A stretch of DNA of 64,000 bases, from positions 19,344,001 through 19,408,000 of the forward strand of contig NC_043013.1 of assembly GCF_006345805.1 (NCBI RefSeq), in the 5' to 3' direction. This document shows, piece after piece, positions 13,600 to 27,308 of the stretch. A program made the translations under genes and the position numbers. Source of the stretch: Octopus sinensis. Its lineage: Eukaryota. The notes beneath the pieces were generated by a model, which was not told where the DNA came from, did not search any database, and was given only the letters and a program-made list of their open reading frames with translations. Every line of letters starts with the position of its first letter. Position 1 is the stretch's first letter.

Positions 13600-13927
13600 T
13601 CCCCGCTTCGGCCATAAATGACCATGGGATTGCACCTAGAATGTTCCCCTCCGAGTTACAAGTCCGAGCAAGGTTGTTTATGGAAGACCAGCAGTCGCCC
13701 ATGCATACCACCCTCCGCTCTTCACGCCACTGATATTATCCAAGAGAAAGGGAAACGCTGATACAGCTTGGCACCAGTGATGCTGCAACTCATTTCTAGA
13801 GATGAGTGAACTGGAGCAAAGTGAAATAAAGTGCTTTGGTCCAGAGCATAACACAACACTGTCCGGGAATCGAACTCACTACCTCGTGAGTGTGAACGCG
13901 ACGCTCTAACTACTGAACCATCCGCCT
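13600..13927 (-). mobile_element. SINE family A
   Basis: Reverse-complement homolog of 6038-6367. Confidence 0.85.
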
Positions 13928-15879
13928 TACAGGCCCTACCAGTACGGGAAGGGAAATATCTCTCAAATTACTCATTGGAGGGATACATTAGAAAAAGGAG
14001 GCTCTAGATAAACAATAACAGAGAAAAATACAGGACGGTCACGGGTGGATGGTCTGCTCAGTCAAGGCTAACGTAAAAAAAATACGAGCCCATCATGGAA
14101 ATTCTAGGACATAGTCTCTCGATCCGTTAGAAATAGCAACCAAAGTGCTTCATCTCACTGTAGCCACTTAAAAAAGGCAACATATATTGGCTAGCAGAGC
14201 ACTATGTGTACAAATAGACATGGTGGTCAAGACTGGATTGGAGCGTCTTTTGCTTATATGTTTACTCAATCAGTGCTCACGTGAGCTTAAACAGCAATAG
14301 AAGGATAAGATTTCTTCAGTAATCATCTTCGACGGGATTCGAACCCAAACATGAAAAGAAATAACTTAATACCACAAGGCACTCCGACAACAGCTCGAAG
14401 ATGGAATCTATTCAGTTTCAGGACTCCTAGAAGTAATAGCCAAATATGTCTCAGATCATACCCTTATGGTTTTAAAAAAATGAAACAGGAACGATACATT
14501 AGGTAATAAAGTCTTAGATGCATTCCCCATCCACAAAATCTGGGATGGATGGTTATGGCTGGCCTGCTCAATGGAAATTGACCTACGGCTAAAATAGCAA
14601 CAATAATATTTACCACTGCTGCCACCACCACTACCAACACCATTACCACCTCTACCATTAACACTACCACCAACATGACCACCGCTACCATCACTAATAC
14701 CATAGCTACTTTCACCAACACCAGCACCATAAACACCACCAACAACAACGCGTTTCAGGCTGTGGAATATTGACCCTCAGTTACTTGGAGTTATTTATGG
14801 CTTGTTCTAGTTCTATAGCAGTGTGCATCGCAGCAATTAGTTTAGCCAAGAGGTGCCAAGAGGTCTGCTCTGTTCATCAGCAATGACACTGGGCTATGCA
14901 AAAAACCACGAAAACAAAACCATTTCAGCTAAATCTGTTTAATCGTATTGTCCTTGTAGTTATCTGGCCAGATCTAGGTGAGTGAAACAGAATTAAATAG
15001 GCAAGTCACATAACTTTGCCGTTTAACAATCAAATGATTTTTAAGTCCGGGACAAAATCTTTATAAATCACATCAACACCAGTCGACGCCCAACATACCA
15101 TACAAACCCAGTATTCTATTGTTACCTGTGTACCTACAAACCAGTATATACATTCACAAACATGCACATTCTCATACAAGCGTATATATATATATGAATA
15201 TATATGACTACTTACGCAGATGTATACATACATATATACATACATATATACTTACACAAAAATACGTACATATATATGTGGTTATGTGTGTGTAAGAGTG
15301 TGTAATATTGTTTTACGTTGTATGCAAGAAACACGCAAATATACAAAGGGTCGCTTAAAATTACCAGCCTTTAAGGGTATCGTGAAACGCCTGGCTGGAG
15401 GCCCAACCTTCCAAGTTATTGTACAGAGCATAAAAGGACGGCTGCAATAAACGTGTAAATCTGAGAGGTGAATATGTTGATTAAAATCATGATTCACTGA
15501 TCTTCCTGTATTTTCTCTTACCTAAAGCCAAGAACTTTTCAGCACCCCCTCATACATGTATCTTAGGTCCTAGGTTATAAAGGTAGGATATTTGTATTGA
15601 AGCCCCTCAATCTAAATTCTGAGCTGTTAACGCTCGCGGCTTGCAGACTAAAACCGAATTTCTTCAGGTGTAGAGAATTCTGGTTTCATGAGGGAAAAAG
15701 CGTTGTGTGGGTTTAACAAAGAGTGAAATATAAACCAAATGATGAAACTAGAAATAGTTCTATATCAGTGTGCAGTTGAAACACGTGTAGGTGCGGGAAG
15801 TATGTTGTAAATAACTGTTAAATAAACTTATGGATGTGAAAAACCTCTATTCTCATTATTATCAATATTGCACTATACG

Positions 15880-15907
<28 letters not shown>

Positions 15908-15910
<3 letters not shown>

Positions 15911-15968
15911 CTCTCCGACATTAAATATTTCAAAGAGGAGCAGAGGAACTACATTTTTATTATTATTA

Positions 15969-16060
<92 letters not shown>

Positions 16061-16312
16061 GAACAGTAATGATAATGGATGAAGAAGAGAAAACATTTAT
16101 ATTACACTCTTACTGGTGTTTCTGAATGTGGTTCCAATGTTAGTAACGTGATATTCATTTCTGTAAATGATCAGGTATATATACATATATGTATATATAT
16201 GTACACCTACATATATATATAAATACATATATACATATATGTATATATATATATATAATATATATATATATATATGTATGTGTATATATATGTGTATATA
16301 TATATATATATA

Positions 16313-16349
<37 letters not shown>

Positions 16350-16474
16350 AAATGAGGGTGAAAAATTGGATATTAATTTGATAACATCAATTTTAACACC
16401 AGTAGTCTAACATATACAAAAAACTAAGATTCAGTAAATAGTATTTCATACATAAATATACATATGTGTGTGTA

Positions 16475-16507
<33 letters not shown>

Positions 16508-16605
16508 AATACTATTTACTGAATCTCAGTTTTTTTTTATATGCTAGACCACTGGTGTTAAAACTGATGATATGAAATCAATATCCAATTTTTTTACCCT
16601 CATTT

Positions 16606-16647
<42 letters not shown>

Positions 16648-16813
16648 TCAGTAAATAGTATTCACACATACACACACACACACACATACACAGACATATG
16701 TATATTTATGTATGAAATACTATTTACTGAATCTTAGTTTTTTGTATATGTTAGACTACTGGTGTTAAAATTGATGTTATCAAATTAATATCCAATTTTT
16801 CACCCTCATTTTG

Positions 16814-16844
<31 letters not shown>

Positions 16845-16881
16845 ATATATATACACATATATATACACATACATATATATA

Positions 16882-16932
<51 letters not shown>

Positions 16933-17112
16933 CATATATGTATATATGTATTTATATATATATGTAGGTGTACATATATATACATATATGTATATATACC
17001 TGATCATTTACAGAAATGAATATCACGTTACTAACATTGGAACCACATTCAGAAACACCAGTAAGAGTGTAATATAAATGTTTTCTCTTCTTCATCCATT
17101 ATCATTACTGTT

Positions 17113-17184
<72 letters not shown>

Positions 17185-17245
17185 TAATAATAATAAAAAT
17201 GTAGTTCCTCTGCTCCTCTTTGAAATATTTAATGTCGGAGAGAAT
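15908..17245. repeat. 1.3-kb inverted duplication (arms 15908-16524 and 16646-17245)
   Basis: Unique segments of the two arms are reverse complements. ORFs 15818-16096(-) and 17078-17329(+) share MFSLLHPLSLLF-polyN-KNVVPLLLFEIFNVGEN. Confidence 0.92.
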
Positions 17246-18160
17246 TTTTTGATGAAGTGTAGCTCAATTGCTTCTCGGAATTTTGGGTCATTTCTTGAAC
17301 ATTTAATTTGTAAAAGGGGAAGATTTTGAACTTTCCTTCACCGCATATTTCTAGATACTTGCGGAATCTTGCGCAATTCCTCTTGTCGGATGTGTTGTCT
17401 GTGAATTCCTGCACGTTGGCAGAGGGAATTGTTTGTTTCACTAATATAATTTTCCTTGCAGTTAGGGAAAGTCATGCTGTATATGAGGTTCTGCGTCTTG
17501 CAATTCATATTCGCGTTTACTTTGGACGAGAACCTGCTCTTGAATTTTATGTATATTTAAAGTTGTCGTCGATGCATGTTCCGCAACTGTTACCTCTACG
17601 TTCCTTTACGGAAAATTCTGATTCATTCTTTGATATGAATTTTGCTCTTGAGAGGTGTTTTTGAGATTAGTTAGTTGGCGTCTGCTGTTTCATAAGGGGA
17701 TTTCATCAATCATATTTTTCATTTGGGGGCTTTGTAGAAGTATAGGTAGGTGTGATGTGCGTATTAATAAATGGAATTGTGTGTTCATCAAATTTTTTTT
17801 CCTTTGGTTGCTTTTTAATTCCCTCTTTTATTAATCCTAGGTTGTATTTCTGCTTTGAGCTCGTTGAGTCGGATTCAACGTAATTTGGGGTCAATCGCTA
17901 TAGTACAGATACTTCTTGCCATGCTGTATGTGATGTTCCTTTTGATGTTTTAGGAATAGCAAGAGTAGAAATTCAAATATTGGTGCTTGTCCATTTTTTG
18001 TTAAAAAATGTCTGTTGTGACTATGGAGTTGTGTATTTTTATGTGAATATCCAGTAATGGTAATTCATTGCAACTGGGTTCTTTCACGAATTTGATGAAT
18101 GGGTCAATTGTGTTGAGTATATTATTAAATATTTGTTCAATTCAGCGACCTGTGATTTCT
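16650..18160 (-). mobile_element. Penelope-like element relic 2 (RT thumb, GIY-YIG, 3' region)
   Basis: Minus strand reads FIKFVKE..ELPLLDIHIKI..TTDIF..QYLNFYSC..RNITYSMAR, then MNCKTQNLIYSMTFPNCKENYISET, then REAIELHFIKKFSPTLN. Confidence 0.88.
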
Positions 18161-18189
18161 GTCGATTTAGTAAATAGAGTAGAAGTCTT

Positions 18190-19735
18190 CTTGGAAAGCA
18201 AAGGAGCTGATGCAGAGCTCTTAGGCCCCCATAAACTTGCATCATAAGACTGTGAAGCTTCTTGCTATCATTTGCAGCAGCCTGAACATCACGAGCAAGA
18301 TCCTTTCACCATATGTTCTGCATCTTCCTGAGAGATCGTTGCAGTAGGGATTTTACACTGCTATAGTGGGCAAGTGCTAGATTTCGTTGCACAGCTTAAA
18401 GTTCTCAGTGCACCAATACATTGTGGGCATAGCGCTTTACAACCAATAGTCGCTAAACCTCAGCAGCACATTGAAGAACCTGGTCTCAAAAATCTTCTCC
18501 TACTGTAGTATTTTCAATGCTGGACAAGCGAGTCTGAAGCTCTTTCCTTAACACAGCATCATATATCTTGTGAACATTCAGACGCCGAGGAATGGCAATT
18601 GGCCCTCTTCTCTCTTTCACTCTAATCATCATCCGGAACTTTGCTCGCACCAGACTGTGGTCTGTCCAGCATTCCGATCCATGAAAGGAGTTGACATTAG
18701 AAATGTCATAGATGTCACGTTGCGGATGATGACATAATCCAGTAAGTGCCAAACTTTAGACTTTGAATGTAACCCCGTTGATGTGTGATCATCTTTGTTC
18801 ATTAAAATGAGTGCTTGCGATGTAAAGTCCATGTTCATTGTAAAGCTCCATCCGTATGAGACCATTGGTATTCATTTTCCCTACACCAAAACGTGCTAGA
18901 GAGTTCCATGTTTGCCTATCTGTTCCAGCCCTGATATTGAAATCTTCCAGTAGAATGACTAATCAGAATTAGAGATTTTCCTAAGTATGGCTCTCAGCTG
19001 GGCATAAAAAATAGTTTTATCTTCATCGCAACTAGTCAAAGTAGGTGCATAGGCACTTATTAGAGTAGCAAACCGCCCACCTTTCAGATGTAATCGTAGA
19101 GTCATGAGACTTTCATTTATAGGAACAGGAAGCTCTTCCTACTTTTTAAGGATATCAGATTGAACTACAAAAAATCAGCACCAACCTCTCTGCTCTCCTC
19201 CTTCAGTCTTCCCTTCCAAAAAGAGTTGTATCCACCTTCTAATTCCTCAAGCTGGCCATCACTTTCTATACGAGTTTCTGAAAGTACAGCTATATCAAAG
19301 TTATAGCGGTTCAGCTCGTGAGCAACAAGTGCAGTGCGTCTTTGAGGTCTACAATCACTCTTGTTATCCAACAGAGTGTGCACATTGCACCATAAAATGT
19401 TCAAGTTCTATTCTGATTATGTAAAAAAAAGTCTCTCTGTTTTTCGAGCGCAGGATGAACATCCATCAGTCGCGCTAAACTGACAAGACATAGAAAGACA
19501 GGCAATTTTTGGTTCACTTTTTCTAGAACCTCCGCTGCCTCCGGGTGAGCACTGCCCTCTCCAAACGGAGCTGCTCAGGCACCCATGCAGTAGCAGAGTC
19601 CTATTGCTGTCTTGGGCGATAAGAAGACGACTTTATATCTAGCATGGGCCGCGTAAGTGCAGGTCGCTGACTACACGCTTCCAACCCATCAAGTCTGCAT
19701 TCTTCGCCACCTTCCCATCATCGCAAGACTTCTGA
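18190..19735 (-). mobile_element. RTE (BovB-like) LINE 5' end: 5'UTR plus APE endonuclease
   Basis: NVHTLLD..RRTALVAHELNRYNFDIAVLSETR; LISAYAPTL; LLEDFN; WHLLDYVI; ECWTDHSLV. Confidence 0.9.
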
Positions 19736-19788
19736 ATAAAAACAAAATAAATATATACTAAAAATAAAGATACATATATACTGAAAAT

Positions 19789-19845
<57 letters not shown>

Positions 19846-20331
19846 GTGGGGGAAGCAGCACGTATCGAGCAGAGGTCCAATAAGGCTCGCACGGCGCCTC
19901 ATAGACACTCTCTACTCTATTGACATTATCCAGAGGCAAACCTGAGCGAGATATCTGGTGCTAATATGAATCACGGGCTCAGGGATGTGGGAGCGCCATG
20001 ATCTCTAGCATAAACCAAAGATCCCCAAAATGTCTAATGCCATTCCGTCCATATTTGGTTTTATATCAGAGTGACCTCCTAAAGATATGCTTCAAGAGAA
20101 GCTGAGGATTGCCTCATTCCCAGCGGTCTACTAGCATGCCGGTAAATACTTACATACATGCGTGCGCGCGTGTGTGTGAGTGTGAGCGTGCATGTGCACG
20201 TGTGCAGACACATAGATGTGTATAGGAAGAGAGAGGGAGAGAGGGGGAGATGTGGGAGAAAGAGAAAGACAGAAATGGTTGTGGGAGAGAGAAATAAATA
20301 AATATGTTTATGTACGTGTATGTATGCAAAC

Positions 20332-20365
<34 letters not shown>

Positions 20366-20378
20366 ATGTGTGTGTGTG

Positions 20379-20417
<39 letters not shown>

Positions 20418-20859
20418 TGTGTGTGTGTGTGTGTGTGTTTGTGCTTACGACTCAGTGCGTGTGTGTTTAGTTCTCTCTTCCTTTCTGTATGCTCTGCGCG
20501 GAACAAGTGTTGTTCATGTGAAATGGAGTGTAGCAACTAAATAATACTACCATGCTTAGTTTCTGCAGAATCATTGTGTTCTATGATATCAGCTAACTCA
20601 CCGTTTTCTAGTTGTGTTGTCACTGGATACTCTTTAGCTTGTCACAGGAGACAGCTTCAGTTAGTCAATGGTGACAGTACACAGCTTCATAAATGACAGC
20701 GAGTTAGTAGTGCACCAGTGGTCATGTGGACAAGCTATCAATCAGTCTTGTTGGTGTCGACTGGTTTCTTGGAACTACTGGTTTCTTGGTATGAGACCTT
20801 GTTGCAAGATAAGACGCTAATCCTCTTGCCTGTGACATTACTTATATATATTATCTCGA

Positions 20860-21015
20860 GAGTTCAAATTCCGCTGAGGTCGACTTTGCCTTTCATCCTT
20901 TCGGGGTCGATAAATTAAGTACCAGTTACGCACTGGGGTCGATGTAATCGACTTAATCCGTTTGTCTGTCCTTGTTTGTCCCCTCTATGTTTAACCCCTT
21001 GTGGGCAATAAAGAA
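20860..21015 (+). mobile_element. SINE family D, 5'-truncated, tail ..ccttgtgggcaataaagaaata
   Basis: gagttcaaattccgctgaggtcgactttgcctttcatcc core. Confidence 0.8.
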
Positions 21016-21418
21016 ATATATATATTATCTCGAATCACCTGCGATTCTCATCAACCTACCAGCTCCTGGGGTCATAAGAAAAAAATACTTATATGTGTGT
21101 AATGTCTTATGATTTAGAAAACGGCAGTGGTTTGAAAGATTCGTTAGAATGCTGGGAAAAATGCTTTGGGATATTTGATCCACGTTTTTCCATTCTGAGG
21201 TCAAATTCAGCCAAGGTCGACTTTGCCTTTCATCCTTTCGAGCTCGATAAAATAAATACCTGTTGGATAATAGAGTCGAATATAATCGACCTGACCTCTC
21301 TCCTAAAATATAGTGGAAAAAGATCATTACTATTATTAGCATTATTTGCTGCTTTCACTGTTCAGGCATAAACATTTCTGTTCCATGAATTTTCGATGTG
21401 TTTCTTTTTACAAATATA

Positions 21419-21580
21419 GGCGCAGGAGTGGCTGTGTGGTAAGTAGCTCGCTTACCAACAAAACCGCCCCAGGTTCAGTCCCACTGCGTGGCACCTTGGG
21501 CAGGTGTCTTCTACTATAGCTTCGGGCCGACCAAAGCCTTGTGAGTGGATATGGTAGACGGAAACTGAAAGAAGACCGTC

Positions 21581-21612
<32 letters not shown>

Positions 21613-21642
21613 GAATATATATATATATATATATATATATGA

Positions 21643-21690
<48 letters not shown>

Positions 21691-21910
21691 TTGTGTGTCT
21701 GTGTTTGTACCCCCCAACATCGCTTGACAACCGATGCTGGTGTCTTTACGTCCCCCGTAACTTAACGGTTCGGCATAAGAGACCGATAGAATAAGTAAGT
21801 ACTAGGCTTATAAAAAATAAGTCCTGGGGTCGATTTGTTCGACTAAAAGGCGGTGCTCCAGCATGGCAGCAGTGAAACGACTTTAACAAGTAAAAGTGAA
21901 AGAGAGTAAA
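21419..21910 (+). mobile_element. tRNA-derived SINE family C, full length, with internal (TA)n(TG)n
   Basis: Head GGCGCAGGAGTGGCTGTGTGGTAAG..GGTTCAGTCCC; reverse copy at 33161-33581. Confidence 0.9.
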
Positions 21911-22192
21911 AAGTATAGCTCAATGAATTAATTTTCATTTTGGACATTGTTTCAAACAAAGAAAATTATTGAATATTTTCGAAAGTTCACCGCTCGCTGG
22001 TGTTAGACAACTGGGTTAGTCTTTAAAAAACCATATTTCACTTTCATTTTACCTTTTAACTGTGACAGTATCTCTTTTTTAGGATGCGCTTCCATTGCAA
22101 ATTGTACTGGACAAACAAAAATACCAAATGAAAAAAATATATATGTTAAATTTATTAATAAATGCACAAAGAAATAAATGACAGGCGTGCAA

Positions 22193-22560
<368 letters not shown>

Positions 22561-23383
22561 TCTGCTTCTCAATCGACAAGTAGCGTCATAAGCTTCATAT
22601 GTTGCGATTGTAGTGTGGAGCAAAAAAAAAAAAGGAAGCTTAGATATGAAATATTTTGCTGAGCGTAATTAAAGCATGGCTGCACTGTGACCTCAATATG
22701 TGTGTCGACCTGCAACATTACAGCCCAGAAGAGCGCGAGCTGGGAGGATAGCCTACTGTATATTGCCAAGGAAACGGTTAATTTGCCTGTTATATCTACG
22801 GAAAATAATTGAGTGAAATCTCCCTTATTGAGAAAGGAACCATATATGCGTTGTTAAGGCAGAGTAAACTGCAACAGTAGCGAGCCGGAATTGTACATGA
22901 CACCATTGTCCATGAACTAATTCCACAATATCTGGGAAGACAGACTATAAGGGTTATCACCAAAAGCACTAACGATGACTTCAACACCTGGCTAATCGTC
23001 ACCTTCTTTGAACAACGTAAGGTGTTGGTTAGGGTAGGATCCTCATGATCATACTACTTCTCATATGACCGCAAGTTCGCAAAACAACACTCTGTAGAGA
23101 GTTCAGAAATGAAAGTATCCAAAGTAGAGGGCTCAACTGCTCCGCATGTGACAGTATAAGTCACTTAAGGGCTTTTTGCCCAGAACACTTCAAAGAACAA
23201 AAGCAATAAAAAAGCAAGAAAGCATAAGGCTTGCCGGTCCTGAAGTGTCACCAAGGTACAATTCTGGAGCTGTCAAAAGAAATCTCTTTATCCATATTGC
23301 CGGGAATAAAGCCCAGTTATACTCTATCTCAGTTTCAACCGGCAAAAACAAAAATCATTCGCAACAGCAACAGCGACAGCAGT

Positions 23384-23758
23384 GGAGGCGCAATGGCCCA
23401 ATGGTTAGGGCGCGGACTCGCGGTTGGAGGATCGCGGTTTCGATTCCCAGACCGGGCGTTATGTGTGTTTATTGAACGAAAGCACCAAAAGCTCCACGAT
23501 GCTCCGGCAGGGAGTGGTGGCGACCCCAGTTGGACTCTTTCGCTCCAACTTTCTCTCACTCTTTCTTCCTGTTTCTTGATCCCGACTTCCTACGCAACCG
23601 CTGAGCCTGGATGCGCATTCATCCATCCGTCGATGCTCTCGGTGTCGGGGGTTGACCTGCTTTCTCTTCCGCGGGTCTTACGAATAGCAAAGGACCACGA
23701 ATCGGACTTCTCCCACTGCAAGCTCTGGAACGAAGACCGCTTCGCTCAACAGCAACAG
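23384..23758 (+). mobile_element. SINE family B, tail type 1, with 18-bp TSD
   Basis: ACAGCAACAGCGACAGCA at 23364-23381 and 23759-23776. Confidence 0.9.
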
Positions 23759-23825
23759 ACAGCAACAGCGACAGCAAGAAGCAAACAGTGAAATATCGCT
23801 GTCCCAAAGTGGTACCGTCCTATGT

Positions 23826-24209
23826 GGAGGCGCAATGGCCCAGTGGTTAGGGCAGCAGACTCGCGGTCGGAGGATCGCGGTTTCGATTCCCAGACCGGGC
23901 ATTGTGAGTGTTTATTGAGCGAAAACACCTAAAGCTCCACGAGGCTCCGGCAGGGGTGGTGGTGAACCCTGCTGTACTCTTTCACCACAACTTTCTCTCG
24001 CTCTTTCTTCCTGTTTCTCTTGTACCTGTATTTCAAAGGGACAGCCTTGTCACACTCTGTGTCACGCTGAATCTCCTCGAGAACTACGTTAAGGGTACAC
24101 GTGTCTGTGGAGTGCTCAGCCACTTGCACGTTAATATCACGAGCAAGCTGTTCCGTTGATCGTATCAGCTGGGACCCTCATCGTCGCAACCGACGGAGTG
24201 CTCCTACTA
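23826..24209 (+). mobile_element. SINE family B, tail type 2, with 10-bp TSD
   Basis: Same head as 23384 but a different 3' half; TSD CGTCCTATGT at 23816-23825 and 24210-24219. Confidence 0.9.
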
Positions 24210-24472
24210 CGTCCTATGTACTCATGACACTAGCAAGTAGAGAGGTGATGGAGGGAATCGGCAGACGTTTTCGAAAATAGCAAAGAGAAAGAAAAAGAAA
24301 GGAAAGGAAGAAAAGCGTAAGAAAATCGAAAACAGAAATCAAAAACGAAATTATAAAGCAAGAGGAAGAGTACACCTGTGCATAAACATGTATGAGATAG
24401 TTTAAATCCCGCCGAGGCTTAGTTTACATTTCATCTTTCTGGGACGATAACATAAATACTAGGACATGTGCT

Positions 24473-24990
24473 TATGTATGTATGTATGTATGTATGTATG
24501 TATGTATGTATGTATGTATGTATGTATGTATGTATGTATGTATGTATGTATGTATTATGTATGTATGTATGTATGTATGTATGTATGTATGTATGTATGT
24601 ATGTATGTATGTATGTATGTATGTATGTATGTATGTATGTATGTATGTATGTATGTATTATGTATGTATGTATGTATGTATGTATGTATGTATGTATGTA
24701 TGTATGTATGTTGTATGTATGTATGTATGTATGTTGTATGTATGTATGTATTGTATGTATGTATGTATGTATGTATGTATGTATGTATGTATGTATGTAT
24801 GTATGTATGCATGCATGCATGCATGCATGCATGCATGCATGCATGCATGTATGCATGCATGCATGTATGTGTGTGTGTATGTATGCATGTATGTATGTAT
24901 GTATGTATGTTTGTAAGTATGTATGTATGTATGTATGTATGTATGTATGTATGTATGTTTGTAAGTATGTATGTATGTATGTATGTGTGT
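24473..24990. repeat. ~500-bp (TATG)n/(CATG)n microsatellite
   Basis: Direct reading. Confidence 0.95.
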
Positions 24991-25535
24991 AGGCCATTAT
25001 TCTGTTTTGTTTCAAGATTTCTTGCCAATAAGGAAGGAAACTGTTTCTAACCTAGAACCTTCATTGGAATTTAAACATCAACATCGTATTTTCGCATGTA
25101 TATGTGTATATATGCAGTAGTTGAAGTCAGTGCACGTGCATATTTGTATGTTTTGTTTTATGTAGGTATTCTCATGCTTATATAGTTGCATGTCTAGACA
25201 TGCTCATATATACTTAAATGATAAACTTCTGGAAGGTTTTACAAATTTTGACATTTCCAGTGATGGCTTGGATCTGTACTTTTCGAATCAGCTTTCTCCT
25301 TTCTGGTTTTGAAAAACCTAATTTTTCAATATTGCACGTATGTATGTATGTATGTATGTATGTATGTATGTATGTATGTATGTATGTATGTATGTGTGTA
25401 TGCATGTATGCATGTGTGTATGCCATTATTCAGTTTTATTTCAAGATTTCTTGCCAATACAGAAAGAGCCGGTTTCTAACCTAGATTGAAGGTTCCTTCA
25501 TTGGAGTTTCATCATCAACAGAGAATGTATGTATG

Positions 25536-25567
<32 letters not shown>

Positions 25568-25915
25568 CATGTATGTATGTATGCATGTATGTATGTATGT
25601 ATGTATGTATGTATGTATGCATGTACGTATGTGTATGTATATATGCATGCACTTATGTATACGTACTGATTTGTATGTATTGTTTTATGTATGTATTTTC
25701 ATGCATATGGTTGCATGTCTAGACATGCATGTATACTTAAATGATAAATTTTGGAAAGTTTTACAAATTTTGGCAGTTCCAGTGATGGCTGAATCTGTAG
25801 TCTTCAAATCATCTTCTTTCTTGTTTTGAGATGCTTGATATGTCAATATTGGTATTTAGGCAGTGTATTACATATCCCAGTATATACCTGAACTTGTAAT
25901 CTGAATAGAATAAGC
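24990..25915 (-). mobile_element. Two tandem 3' ends of an R4/Dong-like LINE embedded in (TATG)n (24990-25337 and 25420-25915)
   Basis: IEKLGFSKPERRKLIRKVQIQAITGNVKICKTFQKFII*; homologous to 43150-43575. Confidence 0.8.
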
Positions 25916-25919
25916 TGCA

Positions 25920-26430
25920 TGAATGCATGCATGTATACATGTATGTATGTATGTATGTATGTATGTATGTATGTATGTATGTATGTATATATTTATGTAG
26001 GTATGTATGTATGCATGTATGTATGTATTTATGTATATATGTATGTATTTATGTATGTATTTATGTATGTATGTATGTATGCATGTACGTATGCATGTAT
26101 GTATGTATGTATGTATGTATGTATGTATGTATGTATGCATGTGTGTATGTGTGTATGTATGTATGTATGTATGTATGTATGTATGCATGTGTGTATGTAT
26201 GTATGTATGTATGCATGTATGTATGTATGTATGCGTGTGTGTATGTATGTATGTATGTATGTATGTATGTATGTGTGTATGTTTGTATGTATGTATGTAT
26301 GTATGTATGCATGTGTGTATGTGTGTATGTATGTATGTATGTATGCATGTGTGTATGTATGTATGTATGTATGTATGTATGTATGTATGTATGTGTGTAT
26401 TATGAGAGAGAGAGAGAGAGAGAGAGAGAA
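25920..26430. repeat. (TATG)n then (GA)n microsatellite
   Basis: Direct reading. Confidence 0.95.
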
Positions 26431-26824
26431 GCGAGGAAGAGAAAGACGGACAGAGATAGGGAAAAAGACGCACAGGACAACAACATGAAATAACAGTTGA
26501 AAGGAAATGAGTTAGCAAGAAGAAATATCAGACTCAGAATATTCTTTTAGCTGCCAAATTAATATTCCGTACCCAGTGACTCGTGTGAAATATTCGTTGG
26601 TCGAAGTTGACAGCTGAGACGTTCGGATCCAGTTACATCGTGCAGCCAGGTTGAGCAAGATGATATGTATGTTGGAGAGGCACGCCTCTATCTGGGACGA
26701 CGCGTTTCAACAGGATACAAATGTCTGTTACACAGAGACCGTTGTGACCTGCTTCGCTGGTTCGCTGTCACTCCGAACAAAGAATGTAATGTAGTATTAC
26801 ATGGACACCTCTACGTTCTGAAAG

Positions 26825-26825
<1 letters not shown>

Positions 26826-26858
<33 letters not shown>

Positions 26859-26942
26859 GTGTGCCTGTGAGTTACAGTGTATATTTTTGGGTGTGTTTAT
26901 GTTTGTGCTTGTAGGTGTAAGTGTGTGTGTGTATGTGTGTGC

Positions 26943-26980
<38 letters not shown>

Positions 26981-27153
26981 GTGTGTGTGTGCGTGTGTGT
27001 GCCTGTGAGTTTGAGTGTATATTTTTGGGTGTTTGTGTTTGTGCTTGTAGGTGTAAGTGTGTGTGTGTATTTGTGTGCGCGCGTGTGTGTGTGTGTGTGT
27101 GTGCATCTGTGTGTGCGTGTGTGTGAGTATGTGTTTGGGTGTATGAGTGTCTT

Positions 27154-27184
<31 letters not shown>

Positions 27185-27308
27185 GAGCACATGTATGTGT
27201 GTCTGCATGTGTGAGCATATGTGCCTGTGTTTGTGTATGTGTGCTTGTGTACGTATGTGCGTGCGCGCGCACGCGCGTGTGTGTATGTGTGTGTGTGTGT
27301 GTGTGTGT
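26826..27308. repeat. Degenerate (TG)n tract containing an internal ~120-bp tandem duplication
   Basis: gcctgtgagtt..gtgtatatttttgggtgt..gtgcttgtaggtgtaagtgtg occurs at ~26863 and ~27001. Confidence 0.8.

Noticed and set aside
16564-16590. CTGATGA-TAT-GAAA in the palindrome centre
   Set aside because: There is no room for stem II, and the homologous arm copies lack the motif.
26520-26825. Complex-looking stretch with [16 protein letters not shown]..
   Set aside because: No recognisable domain and no consistent splice-bounded open frame on either strand.
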